From Rotaria socialis (Eukaryota): a DNA stretch of 64,000 nucleotides. The stretch lies in assembly GCA_905331295.1 (NCBI GenBank), contig CAJNYD010000369.1:62001-126000 (forward strand). The letters run 5' to 3'. Position 1 is the stretch's first letter, and every line of letters begins with the position of its first letter. The position numbers were made by a program, and so were the translations under genes. The notes under the pieces were generated by a model. That model made no database searches and was not told where the DNA came from. It worked only from the letters and a program-made list of their open reading frames with translations. Below are positions 27,860 to 40,509 of the stretch, in pieces.

Positions 27860-29835
27860 ATGAAAACATTGCATTAATCTTACAGTAATTAGACCGAAAC
27901 GAAGAATGTTGACATCTTCTATCATTTATGTTGTATTTTTAGTTTTTCGTCTAGTTAGAACTTTGAGATCTTATGTATATTTAGTCAAAGTTCAGCCAAG
28001 CATTATTTCGAAATTATTAGCATATGGAAAATTTTGTTAAAAAGAAAAATCTAAACTTTAAGCAAAGCACATGTCTTCGTCCATGAAGATCTAATCAATT
28101 TATTTGAAAGGTTTCGAAGAGAATCCACATAAGTGACTAGATCGTTATCGATATTATTTCATTTCTTTATGAAAAAAATACATTTCTTAGAGCTCTGTGC
28201 TTTTTGTGTACTCAAAAAGTGAGTACACTACTAAAATCGGTCAGTGTGTCCGTCCGTTTATTCGATAACTCTTCACAATTACATTCGATTGAGCTGAAAT
28301 TTTGTGCACAGAATTGTCTCATCAATATCTAGGTCGAGTTCGAAGATGAGAAGCATTCGTCAAGAAATGGTTGAGTTATCGAAAAAATTGTCATTTTTGA
28401 TCAGACCATCCCTGAGGAGGAGTACAGGGATTTTTCAAAAACAACATTTTTTTCTCAGAACTATCCACAAAATATATAAATCGACTCAGTTTTTAACGCT
28501 GATTCCGAATCTGATATTAGTTTCGAACTAACCCGTAGCTTTCTAACGAAACATCGCCTGAAAAACGTCTCAAAATGCACAAAAACTGCATCCAGAAATC
28601 AAATGGCCTAGTTTCTCATGATAATTTTGGTGTTCAGACATTCTAAAATGACTCATATGTCCCATGCACTTTTGGCAGTACACATAACTCTCGGATGAAA
28701 TCCGAAGTTTCCACATTTGCTTTTTATTAATATAGAAGTCGATGACATTAGAGTCCACCCGAGTGCATACAAAAGAGTATCGAGTCTAAAGCGTGCCTAG
28801 CAGAAGAAAACAATAATCACCATTGAAAAATAATGGGATTGACAAGTAAAAGCTTTTTCAATAACGTGTTACTATTTTTTCTGTTAAAAAATATGACAGT
28901 TACATTTTCGTAGAAGACATGCTCGAACACGAAAATCAGGTGGCATGCAGATTTCTGTTTTTTTTTTGATAGAACTATTATTTTAGCAGAAAAATGTTGA
29001 AAGTACATTGTTTCATAGTTTCAAATTAATTTGTTTGTTTGGGTTTCAAGCTTTTTCTTAGTATATTGAAGAAAATGAATTGTGTTCACTCGTGACGATG
29101 TTAAACAAAATAACCAGGGCATCTTTTGAAAGCTAATATTGAGTTTTACAAAAGATTGATAATATCCAAATGTCTGTCCTTTGAATTTTCTCTTCTTCTA
29201 AAAGTATGTTAAGTAGTTGTATCTTCTATTTATGTTTTTTTTCTTTCTTTCCTTGTGACGTCATCATATGTATTCCATCTATGTGTATGTGATCTTTCTA
29301 GTATATTCGTTCTCCTTCTTTCTTGTGTAGCTAGAAGTTTATTTTACGATTTAGCATTTTACTCTAGCTATTGCCAGTTTTTTTCTCTTCCTCTAAGTAT
29401 ACTTTGAACTTGATTGTCTTTCGCATCTACACGAATGGCCTTTAATATCATCGGCTTCTGTATCAATAGAAAACGAACTCTAATGAGTGCATATTTTTTT
29501 CAATGACTAAATCGAACAATATCGATACCGATTCATTCCGTTACAAAGATTTTCTTCAAAAACTTTCAAATAAATTGATTAGGCCTTCATCGACGAAGCC
29601 GTGGACTTTGCTGAAAGATTAGATTTTCCTTTTCAATAAATTTTTTCATATGTCAATGGTTTCGAAATAATGTCTCACTAAACTTTGACTAAACATACCT
29701 ATGATTTCAAGGTTTCGAATAACTCTTTGATGAAAAAAAGACGCGCTGAAAGAAACAAAACCTACAGCATAGAGACTATAGACTTGTTGTTTCATTTCCT
29801 ATAAGTCAATATATAGGATTAGTGCAACATTTCAG
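27860..29835. mobile_element. Old non-autonomous TIR/foldback element with ~300 bp degenerate inverted arms
   Basis: 27957-28155 aligns by eye to the reverse complement of ~29515-29720 (e.g. TTTAGTCAAAGTT, CATTATTTCGAAA, CTAATCAATTTATTTGAAAG); weaker similarity extends outwards; ends and TSD unresolved. Confidence 0.65.
28201..28775 (+). mobile_element. Helentron-associated non-autonomous element (HINE/DINE-1-like), copy 1; 3' end uncertain
   Basis: 5' TTTTTGTGTACTC-AAAAAGT-GAGTACAC inverted repeat, GTCCGTCCGT microsatellite seed; 28201-28494 is homologous to 33898-34202. Confidence 0.65.
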
Positions 29836-30776
29836 ATCAAAACGCGTCAGTTTGAAGCAAAGATAGGAAAACAAAAAATATTGACGGGCCTAGAATTCGA
29901 GTCTGTAATTGGTAATATGTTTTTATTGACTATTTATGTGTCGATTAAAATTCAATTACTCAATTATATCATTGAAGACAAATGCATGATTTTCATTCAG
30001 TTGATGTTCGTTTATTGCACGCAGTTTGCTTTTTTGTAAGATGAGAATGCAGACAAGAATCTGTCTTTTTTTTCGTATCTTTTTTTTAATGTATTTCTGT
30101 CTCAAATAATTTACTATGGTACCTATCAAATGTCGTGGATATAAAAATCAAGGCTTTCTGCTCGTAGAAAGATAAAAACAACTCAGTTTAACATATGAGA
30201 AGTTTAATTAGTTCGTGCTCGATGAATTTTGTGAGTTTGAAAGTAAAAATGGTACATACTTTTAAATAATTAGACAAAGTAGATGGTGAAAACAAAAAAC
30301 TGAACTCTACTCATTCATTTTTCATTTCAATTAAAAAATCTCTTGCTAAAAATAGCCTATGGATATATTTTTCTCACGTAAATGCAATTTTTGTTAATAA
30401 ATATGAATAATTACAGTATCATGTATGTTTTATCATAGGAAAAAAAGATAAAATTGAATTAGATGCACCTGACAACGCAGCTTTTGGACATTTATGTGCA
30501 ACTGTCAAATACATCTTTTTCTATGTGTTCGTTGTAACATTAGTGTGATTGTTTTTCCTTTTTTTTATAAAAAAAATTGGATATTATAGACGTATTTACT
30601 TTTATTACTAGGACGAAAGTGATAAGAGAATGCAGAGAATGAGAACGCAAGAAAGAGAGAGAAAAGAATAAGAAGAAAAAAGAAAAAGAAAATAACAAGT
30701 AACGAAAAAAAAAACAACATCATCAACGTCGTCGTTGTCGTCGTCTTATAAGAGTACCGGGGAGAAAGAAACTGCC

Positions 30777-31709
30777 ATGAGCCATCATATGTTTGACGAT
30801 GAAGAACACACAGCAAAATATCGCCTTCATAGACCTGGTTATCCAAAGAAAATATTTGAACATATTCTTGATTATTATTTTGATGGAAAAATTACAGATA
30901 AAAAAATCCCACTTGCACTCGATGTTGGGTGTGGCAATGGACAAGCCACAGTGGATCTTAGCTCGTAAGTAGCAAAAATCACATATATATATATGATTTT
31001 AAATGTATCAAAATAAAGCGAACGAAAATTTCTTTTTTTCCTATTTTAAAGATTTTGCGAACGAGTTATTGGTATTGATGTTAGCGCAAATCAAATTGCT
31101 TATGCTATTCAAAGAGATAACATCGAATATCAATGTCATACGGCAGAAGATCTATCTTTTCTACAATCAAATTCTGTTGATCTAATCACAATTGCAACAA
31201 CACTACATTGGCTTGATATAGAAATGTTTCTTGAAGAAGCTAAACGTGTACTTAAACCAAAAACAGGTGTACTTGCTATATGGACTTACGCATTGGGCAC
31301 TTTAGATAACCCTAAAGCTGATGCTATGTATCATGAATTTCACCACGTTCTATTATTTTCATATTGGAACGCGAAACGATGGTTAGCTGATGATTATTAT
31401 CAATCTCTTGTACCTCTTTTACCATATAAATCAACGTTATGTCAATATACAATTGAAAATCGAACAGAAACAACAATTGGACATTTTTTTGGCTTTATTG
31501 AATCATTATCCGCTTGTCAGACGTATAGAAAACAAAATGGAGAAGACGCATATCATGAAATGCTATCTGTATTGAGAGACAAATTAATAAAAAGTTATCA
31601 TAAGCCGAAACTTCGAAATGATTACGATGATGCAATCGATTTTGATTCAATTGTGATGACTATTTCAAATCCAAATCGACTTTATCTTATGAAGAAAAAT
31701 CAGATGTAG
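30777..31709 (+). CDS. Class I SAM-dependent methyltransferase (Methyltransf_11-like); 2 exons (30777-30964, 31052-31709)
   Basis: YRLHRPGYP, motif I LALDVGCGNGQAT, VIGIDVS, SVDLITIATTLHWLD, EAKRVLKPKTGVLAIW; in-frame GT-AG intron. Confidence 0.92.
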
Positions 31710-33897
31710 TTTTCTGTAATCAGAAAAATAAAATGTTTATTGGATTATCGAATGTTTGTGTTTTTATTTTTTTTTAACAAATGGATTGCTTTTTTCCTAT
31801 ATTCCATGTTACAATAAATGATGTTAAGATAATATTAGTATCTAAGCGAAAACAAAAAGATGATAGTTATGATCCATAGGACGGTTTCAAGACATACGAT
31901 GGCTATCATAAACAAAGAGAAGGTCATATGTTTTCTTTCCTAATCATATTTCTCTAGTACGACCACTTCGAACAAAGTACTCGTTGAAGAATCTTTTATC
32001 AAATCCAACATAATAAAATTAATGAGTTCTATTTTCTAATTCAAACAAACAGAGCGCCTATGTGATGACAAACAATGGGTTGAGTTTCTTACCTATAGAA
32101 TTTTACGTACTTAGAAAAATAGACAGCCAATGTTTTTTGTTTCTCATTAAGAAATATTTAGAATGTTAAGAGTATTTGTCTATAATAGAACAATGGAACT
32201 CTCAATAAAATGTTTTCGTGATTAAACACAATGAAGACCACTATGCTCATGGCTTGATAATACATAGTTCGTTTTAGCAATATCAAATAAAGCAATTTAA
32301 ATAAGAAAATTACTAAAGGATTACCATTTTTTTGTTTCTTGAATTTGAAGCGTTATTTATTCAGTGTTTAAAAATATCAATTAGATCGAACGAACAAAAT
32401 ATCATGTCGAATAGAATAGCTTCGAATGGACAGTAGTCAAATTAGAAAATACGATCGAGTAAGACGCCTAGATTTTCCTCAAGAAAGAGCTTACATGTAT
32501 ATTTGAAATCATAGAAAATAAACACGATATGATCAATGTTTATTGATTTAAAAAGCTAACACATTTCATGAGAAAATTATTTATTAACAACCTATTAATA
32601 TTTATGTTCTATCTTGTTCGGAGCATCAACAAGAAAACTAGTTTTATTCACTTCATTCCAGTACATTGCTATTAATAATTGGTTCTACAACATTATTATA
32701 TAGATAAATTCTTGTGAATTTCTTTCTTTATATTAGTAACAGTGAACAAGCGCGTTTTAGAAGAATTTAATCAATTCAATTGTTGAATAAAAATACATTA
32801 ATCATGTAATATTTTTAGTCTATTGAAATAGAATACTGACTAATTTCCTGGCTATGATTTTAATTATAAATAATCGTTGGGTAAAAGGCTAATTCCGAAT
32901 CTCTTCAAATTATCAGTAATTAAGAAAGATTATTTTTCTAGGCGTTATAACATGAAAAAATTGTCACGTTCATTATTGGAATATAAATTAGTTTTTATAT
33001 AAACTAAAGCAAAGCAAATATTACATTTCCTTGGCCAATATATTTATTCAACAATAGACTGTTGAAATGGTGCCATCAGAATATTTTTTTCCTGGGCCAT
33101 TTTGAAATGGGTAAAATAATTATCATAAACATCTCAAATTCTCGAAAACAAAGCTTAATGTCATGATAAACATTTGTTACTTTGGCACGATGAATAGCAA
33201 AATACAGTACAAATAAACAGATTTGTTTTGAAAAGATTTTCGGAGATGACGTTTCTATTTTCTTATACGAGTAAAATAAATTCAATGGCGGTTGTTTTTA
33301 TGAATAATTTAAGCCCAATCATTCAGCTATATCCTTGATAACTCGGCTATGTTTGAACATCGATTTCATTTCCCGATAAATTTTTTCATGTTTGTTACCA
33401 ATTAAAAATATCATTCTATGTCTAGTTCGAACCCACTCGATGCATTTTTTTCCTGATAAACACACGAATTCAATATATCATTTTATTGATTACTTAGAAA
33501 TACGTCGCAGGACAGATTAAAATAATTTTGATCTGAACTGGATTTTAATCTGTCCTACAACAAATACATCTAGAAGCAAACTGTCGCATAAGGTAGTTAC
33601 CAGTCTTAATAAAACATCATTAGAACGCATCCATAATGGTGCTGAATATCGAGTGTCAATGTTTACAAAAACAGAAAAACAAGTAATACTGGAGATAATA
33701 ATTATATATTGCTTTGATCTTAAGATCATTTTGACATACGTATTAAAAGGTTTCTATGAAGCGTTTAAACGTATGACAATGCAATTAAGATCTTCTAATA
33801 TCCATTTTCGTTTTAAATCTAGATGTGTTTGCCGACAACGACATCACCTAGAAAAAGTATGATAATAGTGAGACGATAAGCATCAACAAATAAATAC

Positions 33898-34248
33898 TTT
33901 TTGTGTATTCAAAAAGTGAGTACACTCAAGATTCGGCCAGTGTGTCCGGCAGTTAACACGATAACTCTTTGAAGCCTCATCCAATTGTCTTGAAATTTTG
34001 TACACAAAATGATTTCATCAATATCTCAGTCGAGTTCGAAGATGAGAAGGATCCGTCAAGAAATGGCTGAGTTATCGAAAAAATTGTCATTACTGACCAG
34101 ACCATCCCTGAGAGGCGGGGGGGGGGCGGGGTTAAGGGATTTTATTCAAAAGGATTTTTTTTTCTCAAAATTATTCAAAACATTTAAATCGGCTCAGTTT
34201 TTGCAGTACACATAACAATCGGATGCGCATCCGATGTTTCCTCATTTT
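33898..34248 (+). mobile_element. HINE/DINE-1-like element, copy 2, internally deleted but with both ends
   Basis: Same 5' inverted repeat as copy 1; 3' AGTACACA subterminal repeat (34205-34212) followed by the perfect palindrome ATCGGATGCGCATCCGAT (34218-34235) and a T-rich tail. Confidence 0.75.
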
Positions 34249-35493
34249 TATTTAAAATAATTTTGGAAAAATTTCGTAATAATTTCTTCATTTTTTTCCA
34301 TCATAGCTATCATAAAAATCGACTTCAGAGAAATCTCCTGATGTTTTAATTCAATGTCAAGATAAGAAATCTTTTCATGGAGCAACAATGAGTTCTTCTA
34401 TTCGTTTGGTATGATAACATCTATGATTCACGCTGATAACTCATTGTTTCAATAAGCCCACATAACAATAAATAAATGTATAGATAGAATAAAAATCATT
34501 GTGCTAACAAAGCACTATTTCTAAGATGTAAACCTATTAATTCAACTATTATCATAATCTATTACTTTGCTAGATTGAAGATCTTTAAGAATTTATACAC
34601 ACGAAATTTACGATTGTGTTTGTGCAGATTTTATTACGAAGGACATTGTTGTTTTCTTCATAGTCATGCATTTACACCCACACTCAAGCACACCGAGTAT
34701 GATAAAAAAAACATTATTAATCTTTTCGATGTTGTACTCCTTCACATATATGAATAATAAATGATTCTAACGATTGTTTAAAAAAACACTTCAGATTACT
34801 TATTATTGTTTCCTCCCTCAAAAATTTGAAAAAAAAACAGAAGAATATTTCGTTATTTGTCATCACCATTAATTTGAGTACAAATTAGCAATCATACTGT
34901 TATTTTCATTTAGACTTATTAAATGTTTCGTTAAATGTAATATATCGTACAGTGAAATCTCATTTATATATGTAAATAAGAAAAAATAAAATTATTTTCG
35001 TAGGCATTTTTACACCAATTTACAATATCATCTATAGCTGATGATACATGAAATACAACAAAGGTTCAATATGGCTGTCGACAAAAGTCTTTAGGGTGCG
35101 AGACTTTTCTAGTGCGAAATACCAGCGAGAAAAAAGTCTCTTGAACATTTGTATTTTTCTTCTTATCTCAACAGAAAAATGACTTAGGTGGTACAACTTT
35201 TAATAAGGTAGTATTAAGAGTTGTAGCTAAGAATAAGTCAAGTCTATAGTAAGATTTTTAAAATTCTTACACCGGGTAAGACTGAAAAGAAAGTCATACA
35301 CAAATTTATTTTGGTCACAGTATTCTATGGAAGAAAAAAGAACAGCGTTTAATTATGGAAATGCTTTTCTACATCTCGTTCCAGCTCTTGAACATCTTCG
35401 TAACAAGGAAAAGAACTTTGCAAGCATCATAAAAATAATTATCACAATCTAACAGGTTGCCTGCATTCATTGAGTATTGCAAAGCTTTAATCA

Positions 35494-36046
35494 ATGGAAG
35501 TAACAGAAACATCAGAATCTCGTTTACGAAAATTTTGGATTTTGCTACTTTTTCAAATTCCATCTAATTTATGTTCAATATTTGTTTTACATCATATGTT
35601 CACTGCAAAAATATTTCGTCAAACATTATCAAATCATGTTATTATAGCAATGCTTATTGTTAGTCTTCTATCTACTACGGTTGATCTATCACTAACACTT
35701 AATTATCTACGTCTAGGTATTGTTCATCCTAAATCGAACTTTTATTTTATTGCTTTTGGATGTATATTGATTTTTCATTCTATACATGTGATCTGCTTTT
35801 AACTGCGTGGGCATCATTTGAACGACATATTCTTGTTTCTTCTGCACAGTACTTTCGTGTATCATATTTAAATGATTTTTGTTCATTATGTACCAATCCT
35901 TATTTGTTTGATTTATCCATTTATCTTCTATAGTTATTCAATATTCTTTTACTCATGCGAAAATGATTTACTAGATTTTCAAAGAACACTATGTGACGTA
36001 CCATGTTTTAAACGTGAATCGTATGCACTCAATTGGTATTGGTCAG
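35494..36046 (+). pseudogene. Truncated, frameshifted GPCR pseudogene (TM1-TM4 and ECL2)
   Basis: Three frames join into FWILLLFQIPS...NHVIIAML... / FWMYIDFSFY...AWASFERHILV / HYVPILICLIYPFIFY...C..PCF; two frameshifts (~35750, ~35875); sequence breaks at a MITE insertion. Confidence 0.8.
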
Positions 36047-36447
36047 CAGTGCTTCCAATGGAAATGTAAAACAAAATGTACTATACACTCTGTTTTTTAT
36101 GAGTAAAGTGTACATTACACTTTACTTTTTTCAGCAACGTGTATCAAAGTGTGCAACAGCCCAATTTTCACAGTCTAGAAAACAAAATATAATTTTCGCT
36201 ATTTTTTATCTCATGAAACAAACATTTTGATCACTAGCGGAAAAAAAATATCATACTTAATTAATTTAAAACTATATGCGGCTTTTAAGGTTCAGAGATC
36301 AAAGAAACCAGAGTGTAAACTATTTTAGCAAAGTGTACATTGTACGCTTTGTTTTTCTGGGCAAGTGTATAGCAGAGTGTAAATCAAAACTAGCAGATGT
36401 TCTGTACAATTTGCTTCTGCTGTGTACACTTGCTATTGGAAACACTG
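36047..36447. mobile_element. hAT-type MITE, 401 bp
   Basis: TIRs CAGTGCTTCCAATGG / CTATTGGAAACACTG; perfect 8-bp TSD TTGGTCAG (36039-36046 and 36448-36455). Confidence 0.9.
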
Positions 36448-36455
36448 TTGGTCAG

Positions 36456-36760
36456 CAGTGTCCAAGGACTAAGAAATAGGAATTTCTAATGTGTCGAGGA
36501 ATTGTTAGTGCCGCTGTGATAATTCCTAGAGGAAATAGGAATCAACTATAGGTTCCCTCACGGTTCCACCATGCACGAACATTGTGATATTGCTGTTTTA
36601 AAAATCATTTTTGCACGAAATCATTGATTTTCACAATTTTTCAAGTGAAAATGAGTGTAAGAACAAAAATTATCGTGAATATTCCATATTTTTACATTTA
36701 GTATGCAAGGAACTGTAGGGGAACTGATGAGGAATTCTTAACCCTCAGTCCTTGGATACC
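36456..36760. mobile_element. Degenerate hAT-like MITE with damaged right end
   Basis: Left CAGTGTCCAAGGACTAAG versus right CTCAGTCCTTGGATACC; internal inverted motifs; right TSD not found. Confidence 0.65.
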
Positions 36761-36809
36761 TCTCAAAATAGCAGTTCTTTCTTTTTTTGAATATAATTTG
36801 TATATGAAC

Positions 36810-37200
36810 CAAGGGGAAAACGGCGGATTAGGAATTTTGAAAATCCTAAAATCCAAAACGTGAATGATGGAATTTTCATCTGAATTTTTTTCTACGCGTA
36901 AGTCTCATGATCCTTAGAATATTCTAAAATTTTCAGCGCAAACGGATGTTTCCTTTCCAACATAATGAATGCGCAAGAAATGCTCATTTCACGACACGGT
37001 CAGAAAATTCAGTTTTTTTCAAAATTCAATTTTTTAAGAAGAAAACATTTGTTCGAGTTGAAACTTTTAGAATCTTCTATGAACCATGAAACCTGTATAT
37101 GGGGAAGAATTTCAGGTCGAAAGTAAGTCATTCACAGGGGGGAAAATGCTTTTCAACTTTTGGATTTTGAAAATCCCAAAAATCCGCCTTTTCTCCCTTG
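36810..37200. mobile_element. hAT-type MITE, 391 bp
   Basis: TIRs CAAGGGGAAAACGGCGGATT / AATCCGCCTTTTCTCCCTTG; perfect 8-bp TSD ATATGAAC (36802-36809 and 37201-37208). Confidence 0.9.
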
Positions 37201-37314
37201 ATATGAACCGTATTAAGCCGCAAAAAAAACTAACAGATTAAATAGTCGAAATGCTATTTAAAGAATGAATGCAGAAGATGATTTACTTATTTATGACTGA
37301 GAAATCCTGATCAT

Positions 37315-37540
37315 CCAGTCAGACAAGCGTTGAAAAAAAAACGGTGTTTTTACACGTAAAAGGCGCACACTTTAACGTTTTATGAAATTTGATTTTTTTT
37401 TCCGGCAAGCAAAGGAAGCTTGCGAATGACAACATTGAGAAAATCATTTGATTCAAAACAAGAAAAAACGCGTTTTAACGGATCAAAATGCGCGCTTTTT
37501 ACTCGTAAAAACACCGGTTTTTCAACACTTGTCTGACTGG
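37315..37540. mobile_element. Palindromic MITE, ~226 bp, superfamily unclear
   Basis: CCAGTCAGACAAGCGTTGAAAAA / TTTTTCAACACTTGTCTGACTGG with inverted similarity over ~60 bp; no clear TSD. Confidence 0.8.
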
Positions 37541-38575
37541 GGAATATAGAAAATTTTTCTGGAAGCATAAACGTCTTTAAGAAATTTCTGAGCAGGAGAG
37601 TGTTAAGAATAACTTCATCTATTGCTCGTGGTTTTGAATCACAATAAGTTTTATAAAGCTGTAGATTTCTTCTGCAGACGCTCGATATTATTCAAGATTC
37701 ATATAATTACTGTCTCTGTTGACTTCCTTTTGTCTACTTCTACGGAAATGGCAACAACCGAACTCTCAGAACATTTTTAATCATCCATTTTATTTTGACA
37801 AAATCTTTGTAGTGTCTCGGCATAGATCAGCAGCGTGACATCATCAATTTTGATTTAAAAAAATGGCATACATTCTCTTTATACTTCTTTACTATCATGA
37901 GAAATAAGATTTTTCTCTACTGAAAAGACCGTGTTCAAAATAAAGTAATTATCTTTTACTATTTTCCCTGTGAGATACACTAATGACAGCAATTTAAAGA
38001 AAACAACTAACTTTTGTTTTGCGTAGGACAGTAATGAAGCATCACACGTCTATTTCTCTATTTCGAAAAGAGAATTACGTTTAATTTAAAAATATTTAAG
38101 TTCAGCTTTATTTATTCATACTGTAAAATTGGCTCCGTGCAATCGAAATTCATTAATAATATTTCATTGCATTAGTCATTCTACTTAAAAATAATAATCT
38201 TCTTCGCTATATATTAATGAAATTTAATCATCATCTCTTGACATTGATTTCATAACTATTTTTGATAGTCAATAGTTTAACGATGTAGAACAATTCTGTT
38301 ACGATCTACATTTCGCAAACACTTAAACAAAGTTGATCAATTATTTATCTATTGATTCTGACAGAATTTAAAAAAATGATAATATAATTTTTCTGAGTTA
38401 ACATGCTTAAGGCCATTTTTTATTCATTATAAATTAAAGAGAGAAAAAAAATCATTCTATTCTGACATGGATATTACAGAGTTTGAAAAAGTTGGTAGAA
38501 TATTAATAGAAAATAACTGACAGTTCAAATGAAATATTTTTTAACAATTTAGATAAAAATTAACGAACGATTGTG

Positions 38576-40509
38576 TTAATAAACTTCTGTAGTGCTATTC
38601 ATGAGTGGATCGATAATTGTTGTTTCGTTCAATGGTTTCGATGGAATAGATTTTCGAACTACTACTTTACATCGGCCATTAGCGATGATTTTTGCTTCAA
38701 CGCCTTGTTTATTTGTCATTAATTCAACCATTTTTTTATAGGCTAACTTTTGTGCTTCTCGTCTGGATTTATGTATACCATTGGATAAGATGATTTTTGA
38801 ATTAAGTGTAAGTCGATAAAACCATACATATTTACTGTTCATGGTTTTTAATTGTTCATTACAAGTAATGGATAATGGTGTAGCTATAAGCGATTGGATA
38901 TATTCAATATCATCTGTTGGTGAAATATTAGAATTAGCAAGGCAATCACGTAATTGAGATACAAGTATAATATCAGCCATTAATGGATGAGCCTCACTAT
39001 AAATAAATTAGCTAATTTTCGTTTTTGTTTGTAGAAAAGAAAGTTTACCCTTCAAAATCACTTAAATCCGAAAGAAGATTTTCCCATTTAGCTTCTTCTT
39101 CATAATCAATATCATCGCCTTCTAAAATGAAAAATACAAGTTTCAGATTATGACATCGAGAGTGTCTCTTCTGAAAAATTAAAAAAGAAATTCGCAAGTT
39201 CTGAATAGTTAGCTCTCATGTGCAGTTAAACATTTGATGATAACATGTGAAAGGTGTATTTTTAAAAAACTGCTGATTAAAATCTAATGTCTTACTGGAA
39301 AACATATTTTCTTCTTTGTCCTTTTGATTATACTTACTGTCGCTCTCTGGATTATTTTCTTTATTTTGAATTTTATTCATATCTAGAGGAGGAAAATATA
39401 AGAAAACTGAAGTCATTTGATTCTAAAATTATATTTACCAATTGAATATTCTTTTTCGATTCCCGAATTCGATTGTTTCAATAGCGTAAGACCATCTTCA
39501 TTTAATAATTTCATTGTTTCATTAATCTTGATTTCTTTCAAATAAAAATTTATTATCAAACGGACTGATAAAACAATGAAATAATTTACTTGTAATTGGT
39601 GTTGACAATGGAGAATGACAAATTTGTGGATATTCATTTGCTCGTGAGAAAAAAAAGTCACTTGGTTTACCAAATAACGCTGTAGAAAAACAAACTATTA
39701 ATAACACGAATGACAACGTCGTCGAGAGAATCTAACCTGGCCGACGTATGCCTGCACTACTTGATGATGAATTTCGACGTCGACGTGGATGATGCCGAGA
39801 TTGAACATCGGTTTGCGGAACAAGAGCAGCATGTCGTACACTATTATGATGATGAATATACGATGGTGTTTTAGCATTCTTATGAAACATTGATGGATGA
39901 GAATGTTTTGCTGGTGATGGCGATGATTTGACTGAGTTTCCAAGCTGTTGTATTTTACCATCGATTGAAGATGATGATGAATCTGATGACATGCCTAAAC
40001 ATAATTTATTAAATTGAAAAATCAATTAAAATAAAACCACGGACGTTGATGAAAGACGATATCTTCGGCATGCATATGAGCAGCTAATTGCGTGGTTTGA
40101 GCCCATGCTTGAATACGTTTAATAACAAAAGCTCGTACTGTTTCATCAAAATGTCTAAAAGTAGCAACAATTAAATTCGTCTCTTTGCTTTGAGTCAATG
40201 ATACTTACGAAACGACCCAAGTAACTTTTTCAAAGGGATCTTTTGTACCATGTGTTTGTAAATCAATGATGCAAGAAGTAAATTGCCTTAGGTCATTCAG
40301 ACGTGTATCCTATTATAAACTAGATAGTTAAACGAACAACAAAGAAACATTAATAATTTGTACTTGAAAACCACAAAATTCTCGACGTATATCAAAATCA
40401 TCAGAATCTGAACGAACATGTGTCGTAATAATTGTTGTCTTAAAATTTAGATAAATATAAAACTACAATGAAAAAGTAATTGAATAAAGAAATATTTTAC
40501 TTCAGCCAT
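38576..40509 (-). CDS. Multi-exon protein with Ser/Arg-rich middle and C-terminal dsRBD-like domain (possible CDKN2AIP/NKRF-like)
   Basis: About 9 exons splice in frame from ATGGCTGAA|gt (40509-40501); last exon WFYRLTLNSKIILSNGIHKSRREAQKLAYKKMVELM fits a dsRBD beta-beta-alpha pattern. Gene model reasonably supported; family assignment weak. Confidence 0.6.

Noticed and set aside
28304..28531. Similar short ORFs here and at 34009-34215 suggesting a small gene family
   Set aside because: Both lie inside the HINE-like repeat; similarity reflects the repeat, not coding constraint.
30777..31709. Methyltransferase as a horizontal transfer candidate
   Set aside because: This family also occurs in animals; origin cannot be judged without phylogeny.
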